In this document: one piece after another, positions 61,959-64,000 of the stretch
How the letters are laid out: each line of letters begins with the position of its first letter
How positions within the stretch are numbered: position 1 is the first letter of the stretch
From: Flavobacteriaceae bacterium
Lineage (GTDB): Bacteria > Bacteroidota > Bacteroidia > Flavobacteriales > Flavobacteriaceae
Length of the DNA: 64,000 nucleotides
NCBI GenBank assembly: GCA_049595235.1
Contig: JBMYKI010000002.1
Coordinates: 1,691-65,690, forward strand
Direction: 5' to 3'
Notes under the pieces: generated by a model
What the model was told of the DNA's origin: nothing
The model's database searches: none
What the model saw: only the letters and a program-made list of their open reading frames with translations
Made by a program: the position numbers and the translations under genes

Positions 61959-64000
61959 ATGAATAAAGTACGCCTACCCTTGTTTTGTGTGATTTTTATG
62001 CTTTTTGGCGCAGTCGACCTAGCAGCCCAAGGCAAACGCCCTTTTAGAAAAAAACCCGCAAAAGAAGTGGTGGTACCCCCCAAACCCCCTGAAAAAAAAG
62101 ACAAAAACGGCATCAAGCCCTATGGCAAAGTCATCACTGAAAAAGCCATTACTGACAAGGGGCTGTTTGATGTCCACCAAATCGATGGAGACTTTTTTTA
62201 TGAGATCCCCGACAGCCTGTTTGGTAGGGAGATGTTGGTAGTCACTCGAATTGCCAAAACCGCCTCAGGGATAGGATTTGGCGGTGGCAAACAAAACACC
62301 CAAGTATTGCGCTGGGAAAAGCGTTCCAAAAAAGTGCTATTGCGTGTGGTCTCTCACCAAGTTGTAGCAGCCGATTCGCTTCCCGTTCATGAAGCAGTCG
62401 TCAACTCCAATTTTGAACCGGTATTGTACAGTTTTGACATCAAAACATATGGGAAAGATTCACTTTCTACGGTCATTCAAGTCAACAAATTTTTAGAAGA
62501 CGATGTCAAAGCCATCGGCTATCCTGCCTCAAGAAGAAAGGCCTATAAAGTGAGCAGTCTGGACAAGTCGCGTTCGTTTATTGAAAGCATCAAAAGCTAT
62601 CCGCTCAATGTGGAAATGCGCCATGTGAAGACCTACAACGCTGCCGCACCACCCTCCAATGCCAGCACAGGCTCTATCAGTCTGGAGATGAACAATTCCA
62701 TGATTCTATTGCCAGAAGAACCCATGCGTCGCCGTTATTTCGACCAACGTGTAGGCTGGTTTGCACGAGGTCAAATAGACTACGGACTGGATGTACAAGA
62801 AAGCAAAACCATTCGCTATCTGGACCGGTGGCGCTTGGAAGTCAAAGACGAAGACATGGAAAAATTTCAGCGTGGCGAACTCGTCGAACCCAAAAAACCC
62901 ATCGTCTATTATATAGACCGTGCGACCCCCCAAAAATGGCGCAAATACCTCAAGCAAGGGGTAGAAGATTGGCAAGTCGCTTTTGAAGCCGCTGGCTTTA
63001 AAAATGCCATCATCGCCAAAGACCCCCCTACGCCCGAAGAAGACCCTGAGTGGAGCCCAGAAGATGTGCGGTACTCTGTCATTCGGTATTTGGCCTCACC
63101 CATCCCCAATGCCAATGGCCCACACGTGAGCGACCCGCGTTCGGGGGAGATTCTAGAGTCTGATATCAATTGGTATCACAACGTAATGACCCTTTTGCGC
63201 AACTGGTATTTTGTGCAAACGGCTGCCATCAATCCCGAAGCACGTGGGGTGGCTTTTAAAGACGAAATCATGGGTGAACTTATTCGTTTTGTCTCTGCCC
63301 ACGAAGTAGGACACACCATCGGCTTGCCCCATAACATGGGCAGTAGCGTAGCCTATCCGGTAGACTCCTTGCGCTCGCCTAGTTTTACCAAAAAATACGG
63401 CACAGCACCCTCGATTATGGACTATGCGCGGTTTAACTATGTCGCCCAACCTGGTGATGGTGATGTATCGCTCATGCCCAATGTGGGTATATATGACATC
63501 CACTCGGTACGTTGGGGATACCGACCCATACCAGAGGCACCGACTGCCGAAGACGAAAAACCCATTTTGGACCAATGGATATTGGCCCATCAGGACGACC
63601 CCATGTATCGTTTTGGACGCCAACAAGGCTTGGTGGTCGACCCGAGTTCGCAGACCGAAGACTTGGGTGACGACGCAATCAAAGCCAGCCAATACGGCAT
63701 CGAAAACCTCAAGCGTATCGTGCCCAAGCTCATTGAATGGACAGCTGAAGATGGCAAGAATTATGACGACCTGGAGATTCTCTACGGACAAGTACTTAGC
63801 CAGTTTAACCGCTACACTGGCCATGTGGTCTCGAACATAGGTGGGGTATATGAATACTACAAAACCTATGACCAAGAGGGGGCGGTCTATACCCACGTGG
63901 ACAAAGACCATCAAAAAAACTGTATGGCTTTTTTGCATAAACAACTCTTTGAAACCCCTACGTGGATGTTGGACAAAAACATCCTTAACAAAATCGAATC
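61959..64000 (+). CDS. secreted zinc-dependent metalloprotease (DUF5117/DUF4953-type met-zincin), 3' end beyond the window
   Basis: Own translation: signal peptide MNKVRLPLFCVIFMLFGAVDLAAQ, then HEVGHTIGLPHN zinc motif near 63300. The frame is open to the window edge. Absent from the ORF track because it has no stop. Confidence 0.8.
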   Translation, partial: MNKVRLPLFCVIFMLFGAVDLAAQGKRPFRKKPAKEVVVPPKPPEKKDKNGIKPYGKVITEKAITDKGLFDVHQIDGDFFYEIPDSLFGREMLVVTRIAKTASGIGFGGGKQNTQVLRWEKRSKKVLLRVVSHQVVAADSLPVHEAVVNSNFEPVLYSFDIKTYGKDSLSTVIQVNKFLEDDVKAIGYPASRRKAYKVSSLDKSRSFIESIKSYPLNVEMRHVKTYNAAAPPSNASTGSISLEMNNSMILLPEEPMRRRYFDQRVGWFARGQIDYGLDVQESKTIRYLDRWRLEVKDEDMEKFQRGELVEPKKPIVYYIDRATPQKWRKYLKQGVEDWQVAFEAAGFKNAIIAKDPPTPEEDPEWSPEDVRYSVIRYLASPIPNANGPHVSDPRSGEILESDINWYHNVMTLLRNWYFVQTAAINPEARGVAFKDEIMGELIRFVSAHEVGHTIGLPHNMGSSVAYPVDSLRSPSFTKKYGTAPSIMDYARFNYVAQPGDGDVSLMPNVGIYDIHSVRWGYRPIPEAPTAEDEKPILDQWILAHQDDPMYRFGRQQGLVVDPSSQTEDLGDDAIKASQYGIENLKRIVPKLIEWTAEDGKNYDDLEILYGQVLSQFNRYTGHVVSNIGGVYEYYKTYDQEGAVYTHVDKDHQKNCMAFLHKQLFETPTWMLDKNILNKIE

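Noticed and set aside
63153-63944. A 263-aa ORF on the minus strand, plus the 62706-63169 minus-strand ORFs and the 63424-63840 plus-strand out-of-frame ORF.
   Set aside because: They lie antisense to, or out of frame with, a long open + frame (61959 to the window edge). That frame encodes a signal peptide and an HEVGHTIGLPHN metalloprotease motif. The shadow ORFs have odd composition and no motifs.
1-64000. A search by eye for CRISPR arrays, IS elements or transposases, integrases, restriction or abortive-infection genes, toxin-antitoxin pairs, rRNA, and riboswitches upstream of lysS, the NRAMP gene, the AGCS gene and folC.
   Set aside because: I saw no regularly spaced direct repeats, no DDE or tyrosine-recombinase-like ORFs, and no defence-type domains. 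The candidate riboswitch positions have no leader space, because the genes are overlapping, coupled or leaderless. A covariance-model scan would be needed to exclude small ncRNAs formally.

Overview
This window is a compact, almost entirely housekeeping chromosomal segment of a Bacteroidota (Flavobacteriia-like) genome. The taxon call rests on several signals: TAnnTTTG -7 promoter boxes, ribosomal protein bTHX, DUF1573 and DUF2851 proteins, a putative-porin family protein, the PASTA-rluD/ddl synteny, and the absence of Shine-Dalgarno sites except at rpsU. I call about 70 CDS and one tRNA-Val(UAC). They include a complete trpEGDCFBA operon, gltBD, ftsH, valS, lysS, pckA, an acetoacetyl-CoA synthetase plus thiolase pair, cdsA-psd, murB, lipA/lipB, lpxK, folC, nhaD, a tryptophanase-family lyase, and an edge-truncated zinc metalloprotease. 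Four genes below the ORF-track cutoff were found by eye: a WW trp leader peptide, a 29-aa CDGSH-like peptide, bTHX, and a Pmp3/YqaE proteolipid. I see no CRISPR array, IS element, integrase, or recognisable defence or toxin genes, and I cannot point to a convincing new multi-gene system. The most interesting signals are regulatory and architectural. (1) There is a leader-peptide attenuator upstream of trpE. (2) Ten genes have a -7 box 4-6 nt before the ATG, which implies leaderless mRNAs. (3) rpsU carries a lone AGGAGG Shine-Dalgarno site. (4) Eight of nine convergent gene pairs overlap at their 3' ends. (5) A 17-nt copy of the tRNA-Val 3' end lies next to a small accessory islet at 43.7-45.2 kb. 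(6) The Nif3-partner protein has a zinc-ribbon tail with no cysteines. (7) An ECF sigma factor is translationally coupled to an NRAMP transporter. (8) A direct-repeat motif array sits in the long gltB upstream region. All function calls come from reading the translations, because no database search was possible.
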